In this document: positions 25,046 through 37,131 of the stretch, piece after piece | Numbering within the stretch: the first letter of the stretch is position 1 | How the letters are laid out: each line of letters starts with the position of its first letter | Assembly (NCBI RefSeq): GCF_030028105.1 | Contig: NC_092380.1 | Coordinates: 63,051,717 to 63,115,716, forward strand | Length of the DNA stretch: 64,000 nucleotides | DNA from: Mobula birostris | Lineage: Eukaryota | Direction of reading: 5' to 3' | Program-made: the position numbers and the translations under genes | Notes under the pieces: generated by a model | The model's input: the letters and a program-made list of their open reading frames with translations, nothing else | The model's database searches: none | What the model was told of the DNA's origin: nothing

Positions 25046-26450
25046 GTTGTCTGGCAAATCCTTGCTGGTTTAATTTTATACAAATGATGCATTTCGCTGT
25101 ATGTTTCAACATACCTATGACAAATAAAACTAATCATTATTGTTAGATAATATTTGCCTTATACAAAAAAGACTTTTCCTAATTCATTTAGGTTTATCCA
25201 GTGACTGTTAATTCTGTCCCTCATTATCATTTTCAAAATACTGGTGTTAAGCTGACTGGTCAGAAGTTACTGAGTTTATCCACACAGAATTTTTAGCAAG
25301 GGTGTAACATTTGCAATTTTACAAATCTCAGGCATCAACTCTAAATTTAAAGTTGTTTGGAAGGATAGAATACAGTATGACCAGGTTTATTATTGTCACA
25401 TACACTGAGAATTAGTGAAAACTTTTTGTTTGCATGAGGATGCATTTAGAGATGTATCCACTTTACATACAGCTAGTTTTTCTAGAACAATCTCTTTATT
25501 AATTTAAAACCCTTCCAGAATCTCAAAAGCAACTTGCTTTCATAAATCATCAAGTTGTTTATGTCTCCCATCTCGCTGTGAAGCCTGTGCTATGTTGAAC
25601 ACTGGGTGAATGAGTAGTCTTTGGGGTACTGAAGTCTGTGTCTTTATTTATGTTTTGCTGCACACTTGAGTGCTCGGTGGGGGGTGCTGATGCTTTTATT
25701 TTGCTGGTAGGGGCTTTGCTGCTGCTTATGCGTGGGAGGGGTTGCTGGGGGGACTTTGGGGTTCTAACATTTAACTATCATTCATTCTTTGGGGCACTCC
25801 TCTGTTTTTGTGGATGGTTGCAAAGAAAAAGTATTTCAGGATGTATATTGTATACATTTCTCTGATATTAAATGTACCTTTGAAACCTTTGAAACTCCAG
25901 CAACATTTCCTTTGATAACAACAGATGAATATCACTCACTATATCTCAGCTGTTTTCTTTGCCTTTTTTGGTTTCTAATTGGTCCCACATCTCCTGGTTC
26001 ACTACCCAGACCAGCAATGCTATATTTGGTTTTGCTGGATATGAACTGATGAAGAAAATTCTTTTGTCATTGCCATCCCTCTTGATATTTGCTTTGTCAC
26101 AGCTCCTATTACCATGATGAATTTTGCATATTTCTGCAATGTTCATGCAAATGTGTTCTTTGAAAGACTTCCTACTAATTGCTGCTCTATAAAACAGTCT
26201 CAGTTATATAGATAAACCTCTATTACATCCTAATTCTGAACAGATTTTATCCATAATCAGTCCAGGATATCATTTCTGTCTCCAGCACTGCAATATTCCT
26301 TCTCCTCCATTACTTCCACTTTATTGAACATTTCCTGATAGCTCTTTACACCTTCCTCGTGACTAGGACCCCACCGCTGTACATCATCCCGGACAGTCAC
26401 TGACCTTGTTTCCTCTTTCCTTCATTGGTACCATTCTCATGATTTCTCTC

Positions 26451-26586
26451 AGCCCTTACCAAATCTGCACAGCCAACTCCTCCCCAAGATCCACAAACAG
26501 GACTGTTCTGGGTGAATGAGTAGCCCTTACCAAATCTGCACAGCCAACTCCTCCCCAAGATCCACAAACAGGACTGTTCTGGGTGA
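26451..26586 (+). repeat. Perfect 65-bp tandem duplication with a 6-bp spacer
   Basis: 26451-26515 is identical to 26522-26586; spacer ATGAGT. Confidence 0.95.
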
Positions 26587-26676
26587 CCCATTGTTTCAGC
26601 CTGCTCTTGCCTTATGGAGCTGGTTTCTTCTGACCTTGACCATTCTCTCCCCCTTATTCAGTTACTTATGTCCTTT

Positions 26677-26870
26677 GCCAGCTGGTGGTGTAGTGGTATC
26701 CGCACCGGACTTCGTGGTCCGGGGTTCGCATCTCGCCGGCTCCATGCACGCTTTCCATGCGCGCTGGGCTGAGCGTCGAGCTAGTAACTTGGCTTCGTAA
26801 AAACAGACAAATGCTAAATAAGCGGCAAGGTTGCCGCCCGATGCGCCACAAGGCGCGGAAAGGACCAACA
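26677..26870 (+). mobile_element. tRNA-derived SINE, CpG-rich
   Basis: A box TGGTGTAGTGG and B box GGTTCGCATCT, followed by a non-tRNA body and a hairpin-like tail GCGCCACAAGGCGC. Confidence 0.75.
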
Positions 26871-27928
26871 GCTTGCATCCATGACACCTCTCCACTGCTT
26901 TGAAAATTTGCCGTTTCCTGGTCTCAAACAACATCTCTGGTTCGGCACTTATTCACCTGGCTGAATTCGTTGTCAAATGAGACAATATTTTCTTCAACAA
27001 GTAAAAGATGTCACCACAAAATTTGTACAGGCACGAGCTACGACCGTCCCTTTGTGGACTACATTAGAAGAGTTTTTAATTCTTTCCAGGCACATTCCCA
27101 CTACCCTTTCCATTAATTTGATGCCCTTATTAGTCTTGTACTGATCTTGAAAACTTCATTACCTTTTCTGCCAGATTCCATCCTTTTTTTCACTTTCAAG
27201 TGTTCCAGATCTGATTCTTGCCTTTCCTAGCAACTCTCTGTCCATCTCAAGGGATAGGTTATCAACCAATATCTGTCATAAGACTACAGATTTCCACAGC
27301 GATCTTGACAAACCTCTCACCACCCAAGCCTCTGAGGTTTCTGATGACAAAACATCCGTAATTTTTCCTTAACCATAGATTCCTCTTCACAACTGACAAA
27401 GTTCTCAACTGTATCTTCTCTTGTGCTTACTCCTTCCTCCCTGCCAAAACAAAGATAGAATTTCCTCTGACAGCGCAAAAACTCAAGATGCTAGAAATCT
27501 GAAATGAAAATACTCAGCAGATCTATGGAAAAAGAAACAAAACATTTTCTATTGGTAGCCAATTTGAGTAACAATGGACTGTCTCAGTACCATTATTTAA
27601 AATAAAATTTATTTTGATAAAATAGATCGTTTTGAAATGAGCTTCAGGTCTGCCGTTATTCTATGGAGAATGCACCACGTTACATTACAGAGCCAGGATT
27701 AAATCTCAATCATATTCTATACTTACTTAAAAACTCATCTTACTTATCACAATAGATAAACTGTTATTGGAATTAACGAATTTACTTGTATAAATTCTCG
27801 GAAGAAACGTTCTCCCTGTTGTTTCTGGATGAAAGATTTCATCCCTCCCCATCGCTACGGGCTCAGCGCTACGAACGTACCGTGCGGGGATTGATGGGAT
27901 ACTGGAGGACCATCGTCTGTTCGGGAAA

Positions 27929-27944
27929 ATGGTGTTGATGAAAG
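27929..27944 (+). CDS. TMEM80: Probable first coding exon of TMEM80 (MVLMK-G)
   Basis: AAAATGG start in the CpG-enriched patch upstream of the TMEM80 exons; donor AAG|GTGAGG (phase 1, would need a micro-exon I could not locate) or GAG|GTAGTA at 27949 (phase 0, joins 30957 directly). Confidence 0.5.
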
Positions 27945-27963
27945 GTGAGGTAGTAGGAGTCTT

Positions 27964-27977
27964 GTTGCTGTGGCAAC
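27964..27977. promoter_or_regulatory. RFX X-box in a CpG-enriched promoter-like patch (~27850-28095)
   Basis: GTTGCTGTGGCAAC, 2 mismatches from the GTTGCCATGGCAAC consensus; ~20 bp downstream of the candidate TMEM80 first exon. Confidence 0.75.
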
Positions 27978-30956
27978 CAACGTGATTTTCCTCTCCCTAA
28001 ATTAATTTTCAATGAGATTGAATTTAAATTAAGGTTTTGTAGGAGATCTTCACGTGATTCGCGGCGACAGAGTGTTTGCGAGAATAGAACCGTGTGTATA
28101 TCAATCACTGTGAAATTCAGTCTGTGAAAAACTTAGGGTTTGTTTTTTTTCTGAGAAACCTTAATTGTTTTTGAGACTTATTGTAAAGTAGACATTGTGC
28201 ATCTCTTCTTCACTTTCCAATCCTGTTCTGAAGCCATTAATTAAACCTTGGTTTTGTTTATGTAAATATCAGAACGGTTGGGAACTTTTACACTTACGTG
28301 GCCAAAAACCCTTCAGGTCACGAACTCCAGTCGTGTTATATCAACTAAAATCTGATACAAAGGAGATTAATTTTGGAATGTGGAGTCTTCAGTGTTACCC
28401 ATCTGAATTTAGAAAAGTGGGGAAGAGTCCTACCCTATGAGACTTGTGTACTGTCTTGCCTTCCTTTGTCTAGTTGGTGCTCTCAGAGATCAGCAGTATA
28501 AGTAGCACACAGTCTGTTTCAAATTATGAAGTCCTTTGGAATCCTTTCACCTGAACGGTATAGAATTCTGTCAGTTTTAATTAATGAACAAAAAACCCAG
28601 AGCAATGTCTCCCAGAAAATTTAATTTCCCAGCATAATTGATAATGTTTTGGTGATTCTGGAGCAAAGTAGAGAGTTGTTTGATTTTCTGTTCAACTAAA
28701 ATTTCTGACATTCTAATTTTTTTTTTGTTTTATTCTGTGGATTTGGAAACTTAATAAAGGAAAGATCATCCAAACCTGGACTCTGTTTTGGAATGTTAAA
28801 ATTTAAATTATAACTGGTGCAGGTTTGTACACATGAATCTGCATTATTGTTTACCTTAACTGGCTTTGCATTTTCAACATTTGAATTAGTAGTATCCTTA
28901 TTTGTAATATATAACCAAGTGTGGGATCCAACCAAAATATCAAATATGAAATTTGTTCCTTTTTATACCTTGTTCCTTACCAAAATGACTTTTATCCATG
29001 CAAGTCGTACGATGCTTTGGAAAGTTGGAGAGAAATTAGTTTTTGATTGCTAATGTCAAATAAATGCAAGAGCATTTGTCACTAGTTCTCTTCATCACTG
29101 CACGTTTTGAGTTCACATTGGAACTGAATGTGGTGTTCTTTCAATTAGTGTTTGGCCTCTTCATAGCAAATAACAGTTAAGCTATTATGGGAGTGGAGAG
29201 TTACACTCTGTGGTCTGTTTTATCTTCATGCCTGGGTTCAGTGGGTCAGCACAATTGGTCCAGATGGGTATCAAATCCTCCAGCAAACCAGACTCAGTAT
29301 TATCCAGTCCCTGATCCAATAGCTGAATAATCTTTCTACAGATTTACATCATTGTCAATATTTTGAGATTTCATACACATAACGATCCAGATTACCAAAG
29401 AAAAAACAAACAGGAGAAAATCTGCAGATGCTGGAAATCCGAGCAACACACACAAAAATGCTGGAGGAACTCAGCAGGCCAGGCAGCAACTACAGAAAAA
29501 AGTATGGCTGAAAGTCCAGATTCTATATAAAAAAGATGGAATGGATTGCGTCCTGCTTATCTTTTGAAGTGCTCATTCATTAGGCAAGAAATTGAAAGTC
29601 GAAATAAATCCTAATCTTTTTACAATTGGAAGAAGTTTTAGACAGGGATAAAATATACAATAAGGTAAATTGCTCATGTTCTTTACAAAGGGGCATCAAA
29701 AGAATTTATTTCAGCACCAACTTTGTTGAGGAAGCTAAGTGAAAAAGCTCAAGATAAAATAACAAAGAATTTAACATACATTTATATTATTGATTTCATT
29801 TGGAAACAAAACACAATGAAATCAATGAAGCCATATCTACCTTCTCATGGGTAAAATCCCTTCCTGGAGAAAGTAAAATGATGGTGAATTCTAATGATTA
29901 AAATTCTGCAACTACTGCCAATGGAGTGAATAATTTGAGGTGGTTAATTGAAAGCATTACTCAAGCATTGTAACTGGGTGTATTTATTTTAGTGAATTGG
30001 TACTATATTGTAATCCTTTGTACTAACACTTAATTATCTTTTCACTTACAGTGAATTATGCTTCTGTTGTATCCTTTGGAATAAAAGTTGCCATATCCAG
30101 GAGCTGTATTAGTGCTTTCTAGTTCTGTGTTCTTGTAGCTTGTAAATGAAATGCATCATTTATTCCAGAAAGCATAAAGAGTAATTAATATGTGGAAAGT
30201 AAACAAGAATGATATTCAATATGATTGTTGTATCTACTTGTGAAGGAGGATTCGCTCATAAGAGGATTCAAATATTCTGCATTTCAATATTGCAGTTTGT
30301 ACTTGATTCAAGACATTCTTGATTGTTTTTTGCTTTCTTAGACGTCTGACCTTTCTTGTTGCTGATTTGTGGATCCAAGGGTAATGGCAGTCATACAGCA
30401 TTGTGGAATATATTTGTGAGCGATTTTAGTTTTGAACTATATGAATTAAATAATCCAGTTTTTCTTCACCCTGGATGAGAAAAGGGGCATTATCTAAGTT
30501 AAGACCAGTTAACTTTGTACAGATCAAAAATTAAAACTAAACCTATCTTGATACTCAAACTATAAGTTGATTTATGCACTAAGCTATCAAAATAGGCCCA
30601 ACAATTTTGAAAACTCTGCAAGTTCAGAATATAAGTAAGATAGTGGGGAAGAGCCCAGAATGCATTTGATTTTATACCTTTGCTAATGGAAATTCTGCAT
30701 TAGCAAAGATATGAAATCACAAGGCAAGATTAATTTTCTACTCTCACATTTACATTTTCAGTGCACATATATGCAGAAGAAATATTTTCTTTTGCTTAAG
30801 GAAACAGAACTTGTTGAAGAAAGTGATCAATTTTGGTAATTATCTTTTTGGGAAGCAGCTTAATTCTTAATTTGAAGATACCTGCTGAGATAGAACTCAA
30901 GACATTGAGAATGTTGTTTTCATTGCAGTAACATACCTTAACCAGAAATTCAACAG

Positions 30957-31050
30957 CTTTCCTCCATCCCTCTACAGATGGTTTACTACTTAAATATATG
31001 TTATTATATATTTTATTTTCTTACCACTTTGCTAATGGTTATCTACAAAA
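30957..31050 (+). CDS. TMEM80: TMEM80 exon (LSSIPLQMVYYLNICYYIFYFLTTLLMVIYK-S)
   Basis: CAACAG acceptor and GTAAGT donor, 94 nt; matches recalled human TMEM80 LSSVPLQMLFYL...YFLATLLMITYKS. Confidence 0.9.
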
Positions 31051-31144
31051 GTAAGTTATGCACTTCCATCATATAATTACTCTCAAAACTTTCACATTTT
31101 AAACTTTGGGTTCAGGGAATTAATTATATTTTTTTATTTTTCAG

Positions 31145-31237
31145 GTCAGGTTTTTAGTTTCCCAGATGGTAATCTGGCTCTTGATTTGATTCTTCTGAAT
31201 CTTATGATAATTCTGGAAGTGATAAGGCTATACCATG
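31145..31237 (+). CDS. TMEM80: TMEM80 exon (QVFSFPDGNLALDLILLNLMIILEVIRLYH-G)
   Basis: TTTTCAG acceptor and GTAAGA donor, 93 nt; phases are compatible with both neighbours; SQVFS is TMEM80-type. Confidence 0.92.
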
Positions 31238-32289
31238 GTAAGATGTTGTATTAAATTGTAGGTATTGTACTGTGCTATTTGATCCTCAATACAGTTAGTG
31301 ATGTGAAATTTTTAGAGTTCCGACAGAGCATTTTGTTTGGAGCTATGCTAACCTGATATCTTTCAAATTCTGTGCTCTGCTTCTGTATGAAGGTAAGGAA
31401 GATGTATTCAAATTAATGTTATTGGGGACTAATTGTTTCAGCTCCAGAAACTTTCCCTGTTTCTATAGAGAAAAATTCAAGTTGTGGTACACAAATACTT
31501 ATGTAATTTGGAGTTATTATCCAAACAAGATATAACAGTAATTGACACAGTAGTAGGATTAAGCCATTTGGCCCATCGAGTCTGCTTCACCAATTAATCA
31601 TGGCTGATCCTTTCTTTTCCCACCCTCCTCAGCCTCACTCCCTGGCCTTCTCCCCATAACCTTTGATGCTGTGTCCAATCAAGAACCTATCAAGCTCTGC
31701 CTTAAATACATTCAACGACCTGCCCTCCACAGCTGCCTGCGGTAAAAAATTCCGCAAATTCACCAGCCCTGGTTAAAGAAATTTCTCCGCATCTCTGTTT
31801 TAAATAGGCGCCCCTCTATTTTTGTTTGTAAGTAGAAACTTGCATGGTCAGTGAACACATTTCAAGACACATTCATTGACATGAATTCTGTTGAAACATC
31901 CTAGGAGTGTTAAAAGGTTTTGCATAAATTAGGCTGTTAAATTAACTACATATATATCTTAAATTTTAATAATGCAATTGGTGAATAATTTTGTCTTCAA
32001 AATTTGTATCAACTTAAAACTTTGCACCTGACAGTTTATTCTATTAGTCTTTATTGGGTCCAGAATTGAGAAATGGAAGGACGCTAATTCTCCTAGGTAT
32101 ACTGTCAAAAGTCTGTCTTCTCTGAATATCTATTCATTCTGTTTAAACACTAGAAAATCTTAAACCAAAATTTAGATTGATGAACAGATTACAGGACTGG
32201 ATTTCCGCAAGCATTTTGTTTTGTTCAACGAGCAAACATTATTAAAACTAAGCTAACCTCATGCCAGCAGTTGGTATGCTGACTAGCTA

Positions 32290-35155
32290 GAATCATAGTC
32301 ATAGAAAACTACAGTAGAGAAACAGGCCTTTCAGCCCATCTACTCCATGCCAAACCATTTAAACTACCTAGTCCCATCAACCTGCACCCAGCCCTCCATA
32401 CCACTCCCATTTTATCCAAACTTCTGTTAAACTTTGAAATTGAAATCACATTCACCACTTGTGCTGGTAGCACATTCCACAGTCTCACCATCCTCTGAGT
32501 GAAGAAGTTTCTCCGAAGTTTCCCGTTAAACATTTCACCTTTCAACCTATGAACTCCAGTTGTATTTTTATCCAGCCTCAGTGGAAAAAGCCTGCTTGCA
32601 TTTACCCTTTGTATAATTCTATCAAATCTCCCCTCAATCTTCTGGATTCTAGGGAATAAAGTTCTAGCCTATTGAATCTTTCCTTATAACTAAAGTCCTC
32701 CAGTCCTGACAACATTCTTGTAAATTTTCTCTGTAGTCTTTCAATCTTATTTACATCTTTCCTGTAAGTAGGTGACCAAAACTGCACACAGTACTCCAAA
32801 TTAGGACTCATCAACATCTTATACAACTTCAACATAACATTCCATCTCCTGTGCTCAGTACTTTGATCTATAAAAGCCAATGTGACAAAAGCTTTCTTTA
32901 TGACCCTACCTACCTGTGACACCACTTTCAATGAATTATGGACCTGTATTCCCAGACCCCTTTGTTTTACTGCACTCTTTGTTCTATTGCTCACTATGCA
33001 AGACCTACCCTGGTTGGTCCTCCTAAAGTGCAACACCTCACATTTATCTGCAATAATTCCATTTGCCATTTTTCAGCTCATTTTTCCAACTGGTCCAGAT
33101 CCTGATACAAGCTCTGATAGTCTTCCTCACTGTCCACTACAGCCCCAATCTTGGTGTCACCTGCAAAATTTGCTGATCCAGTTAACCACATTATCATCCA
33201 GATCGTTGATATAGATGATAAACAACAACAAACCCAGCACCGATCTCTGAGGCACTCTACTAGTCACAGACCTTCAGTTATGAAAACTAGCATTGGCTGG
33301 CTTCTCCCGCAAAGCCTATGCCTAATCCAATTTACTACCTTATCTTGAATGACAAGCAATTGAACCTTCTTGACCGATCACCCATGCAAGACCTTGTCAA
33401 CTGCCTTCCGGAAGTTCATGTAGACAACATCCACTGCCTTGCCTTCATCAACTTTCCTGCTAATTTCCTTGAAAAATACCGAAAGATTGGTTAGGCATGA
33501 CCTACCATTAAAAAGCCATGTTGACTATCCCTAATCAGTTCCTCCCTATCCAAATGTTCACCTATCTGGTCCTTTAGAATACCCAACATTAATTTTCTCA
33601 CTACTGACGTCAGGCTCACTGGCCTACATACTGGTTTATTCATAGAGCTTTTCTTAAACAGCACAACGACATTAGCTATCCTCCAATCCACTGGTACCTC
33701 ACCTGTCACTGAGGATGATTTAAATATCTCTGCTTGGGCCCCTGCAATTTCTGCACTTGCCTCCCATAGGGTCTGAGGGAACATCTTTTCAGGCCCTGGG
33801 GATTCATCTACCCTAATTTGCCTCAGGACAGCAAGCACCTCCTCCTTTGTAATCTGTATGGGGTCTGTGACCTCGCTGCTACTTTGCCTCACTGCTATAG
33901 ACTCTGTGTCCATCTCCCAAGTAAATACAGATTCAAAAAAACCATTTAAGATCTCCCCGCCATCTCTTTTGGCTCCAAGGATAGATTGCCCTTCTGATCT
34001 TCCAGAGAACAATTTTGTCCCTTGCAATCGTTTTGCTCTTAACACATCTGTAGAAGCCATGAGGATTCTCTTTAACCTTGTCTACTAGGGTAACCTCATT
34101 CCTTCTTTTAGCCCTCCTAATTTCTTAAGTGTTCTCTTGCATTTCTTATACATAAGTGCCTCGTGTTCGCCTCATTTATTCTTACCCGCCTATATCTGCT
34201 ATGCACTTCTTTTTTTCCTTAATCGGGGCCTCAAAATCTCTTGAAAATCAGTTTGCTAAACCTGTTATCCTTGTCTTTATTCTGACAGGCACATACAAGC
34301 TTTGTTTTATCAAAATTTGCCATCCTCCAATTTAGAATTTCAACTGAGGACCAGACCTAGCCTTTTCCATAATTACCTTGAAACTAATGGCATTATGATC
34401 ACTCGGTGCAAAGTGTTCCCCTACACAAACCCCTGTCACCTGCCCTGTTTCATTCCCTAATTGTTGAATAAGTATGGCACACTGTCTCATTGGGACTTCT
34501 ACATACTGATTAAAGAAACTTTCCTGAACACATTTGACAAACTCTATCGCATCTAGTCCTTTTACAGTATGGGAGTCCCATATGTGAAAAATTAAAATTA
34601 ACTACTATAAAACTTTATGGTTTTTTTTGTAACAGTCTGCAATCTCTCTACAAATTTGTTCCTCTTAAATCCTGTGAACTATTAGGTGGTCTATAATATA
34701 GCCTCATTAATGTGGTCATACCTTTCTTACACCTCAGTTCCAACCATAAAGCCCCATTAAACAAATTCTCCAGTCTGTCCTGAGTGAGCACTGCTGTGAC
34801 ATTGTCCCTGACTAGTAATGCCACCTTTTCCCCTTCAATCCCTCCCGCTCTGTCAAACCTAAAACAACAGAACCCCAGAATTCTGAGCTGCCAATCCCGT
34901 GCCTCCTGCAAACAAGTCTCACTAATGGTTACAATATCATAATTCCATGTGTTGATCCACGCCTGAGCTCATTCACCTTTCCTACAATACTTCTTGCATT
35001 GAAATATACACAACTCAGAACATCAGTTTGACCTACTTAACTTTTTGATTCCTGACTTTGAGTTCTTAACAACTTCTATTTCCACAACCACTCCACTCTC
35101 TGTTCTGGCACTCTGGTTCCCATACCCCTGCAACTCTAGTGTAAAGCCTCCCTTG
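32290..35155 (-). mobile_element. CR1 LINE, ~2.9 kb, degenerate EN-RT, in a TMEM80 intron
   Basis: ORFs 34648 (LYYRPPNS), 33491 (ESPGPE, WRIANVVVLFKK, RPVSLTSVV, SQHGF), 32602 (LEYCVQFWSP) and 32309 (NFFTQRMVRLWNVLP). Confidence 0.92.
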
Positions 35156-36278
35156 CAGTACAAGCAAAGAATTTTTTAGGCCAGTATGATAAATACCGTA
35201 CACCGGAAATTATTCCTTTTGGAAACCTTTTGTTTTGACACAGGCCTTTTTCAGACACCAGCAACTCCTGTCACCATGTCAAAGCAGTCCTGATGAATCA
35301 TATCTTACTTTATTTTTCCCAAGTTTCAGAAATTCAGAAAGAGCAGCAAACATACAGTATCTCACAGAATGCATCAAAAAGACTGAAATGGCTCTGATAA
35401 AGCTTAGAGTGAAATGATCTCGTAAGTTATCAATAGATACTGAAAATCTTCACTTGTATTCTGGAATTATAAAGGGTAACAACCTGGATTTGCTTCTTGA
35501 GTACACCTGACAATTAAAGATGTCTAACAGGATTTTTACATCAGTTGAGCAGTCTGAGAATTCAACTTTAGAAAATCTGTTTAAAGAAAACTTGGCTGTA
35601 TTTTTTGCTTTGATTCAGTTACAAAGACATGAAAAATGAGAGTTGGAATAAACGGGTCTTTCTCTGATTCCTCAGATTATCAAAGGGATTGGTCCTTAGC
35701 CTCAGCCAGTCATGGTCGACTGTACATCAACAATTTGGCTGACTGGACCATATGTCATATTTATAAGTTTGCTAATATATAAAAAAAATTAGGTGGGATT
35801 ATGAATAGGAAAGAAGATGTAAGGAGGCTCATGAGAAAGTTGATGAGCTGAATGAGTAAGTAAGTACATGGAAGATGAAATGTGAAAAAAAAATTTTTTT
35901 GGTTGCATAAAACAGAGGAATGTATTTCAGGTGGTAAGAAATTGGTGATGCCAACATTTATTGGGATCTAGATGTTGCTGAAAGTCAACAGGCAGAGGTA
36001 GCAAGCAGTTAGGGAAAGCAAATGGTATTCAAGCCTTTATTGAGAGAATGTTTCCCCTGGAAAAGGAGGCTAAAACCCAGAGTCTCAATACCAGACAAAA
36101 TATTTTGCATCTCTCAATTTTTTTTAAATCTGCAAAAGATACAACTTTGGAATTCTCTGGCCCAGAAGCAGGGAAGGCTGAGTAATTTGAGTTCACCTGT
36201 AGACTTTTGAATATCAAGGAATATCATGACAGTGCAGGGAAGTGACATTGAAATAAAAGTGAGCAATGCTCTTGATTA

Positions 36279-36575
36279 ACACACACAAAATGCTGGTGGA
36301 ACGCAGCAGGCCAGGCAGCATCTATAGGAAGAAGTACAGTCAATGTTTCGGGTCGAGACCCTTCATCAGGACTAACGGAAAAAAGATTTGACGGGGAAGG
36401 GAGAGACCTGAAATGATAGGAGAAGACAGGAGGGGGAGGGATGAAGCAAAGAGGTGGGAAGTTGATTGGCAAAAGGGATACAAGGCTAGAGAAGGGGGAG
36501 TATCATAGGGTGGAAGGCCTTGGAAGAAAGAAAGGGGGAGGGGAGCACCAGCGGAAGATGGAGAACAGGCAAGGA
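36279..36575 (-). mobile_element. Penelope-like 3' fragment with a hammerhead motif
   Basis: 11-bp TSD GCTCTTGATTA at 36268-36278 and 36576-36586; homologous to 54040-54330. Confidence 0.88.
36337..36373 (-). ncRNA. Minimal type I hammerhead ribozyme motif
   Basis: Minus strand: AGTC-CTGATGA-A-GGGT CTCG ACCC-GAAA-C-ATT-GACT. Confidence 0.65.
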
Positions 36576-36925
36576 GCTCTTGATTATTGGCAAAGCAGGC
36601 ATGCAGGGCCAAATACCTACTTCTCTTAATATTTCTCAAGTTTATGAGAAGATGTTGACTATCTGTGAAGCCAATACTTGCAAAGTTATCCTTTCCAAAA
36701 TAAGTTATTAGACAGTGACTGAGAGTAGGAATTTTTCCTTTTCTCAGCTGAACAAAACTCAGCTGTAACTATGACATAGCTTGAATCTGAAAAAAATCTA
36801 GCTGATTAGTGTTACAGTAAATTTTAGAGCTGCTTCAGTTTTTGCACATCATTGTTTTTTCTGTGTATAACAAGAAAAATTCTGTAACATCATAAAAGCT
36901 GGATTGATTTCCCATCATTTTCCAG

Positions 36926-37131
36926 GTTTCAAAGGGAATCTGACTGAAGAAGCAATTCCAATAGTTATTAACATGGTTCTGACAATTGGAAGTATGTTGT
37001 TTTCCTTGTACTACTTGTTGTGGCAGACCTATGTGCTGAGAGCGGATGTAATAATCAATGCAATCCTGCTGGTAATTTATGGATTGGAGGAAGTACTGGA
37101 CATAATTGCTATTTCAGCTTTTGTAAGGTAA
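36926..37131 (+). CDS. TMEM80: TMEM80 last (or penultimate) coding exon (FKGNLTEEAIP...LLWQTYVLRAD...GLEEVLDIIAISAFVR*)
   Basis: TTTTCCAG acceptor; ORF 36904..37131; GNLTE, LLWQ, GLE and AI-AF-R* match TMEM80. An AG|GTAATT donor overlaps the stop codon. Confidence 0.92.

Noticed and set aside
26451-26586. CRISPR-like repeat-spacer array
   Set aside because: Only two units with a 6-nt spacer, in a vertebrate context, with no cas genes.
28817-29053. Hydrophobic ORF (QVCTHESALLFTLTGFAF...) as a TMEM80 exon
   Set aside because: No similarity to the family; the matching exon is at 30957-31050.
30801-30835. AG...GT-bounded 35-nt candidate for the TMEM80 micro-exon
   Set aside because: It has an in-frame TGA in the phase needed to join 27944 to 30957.
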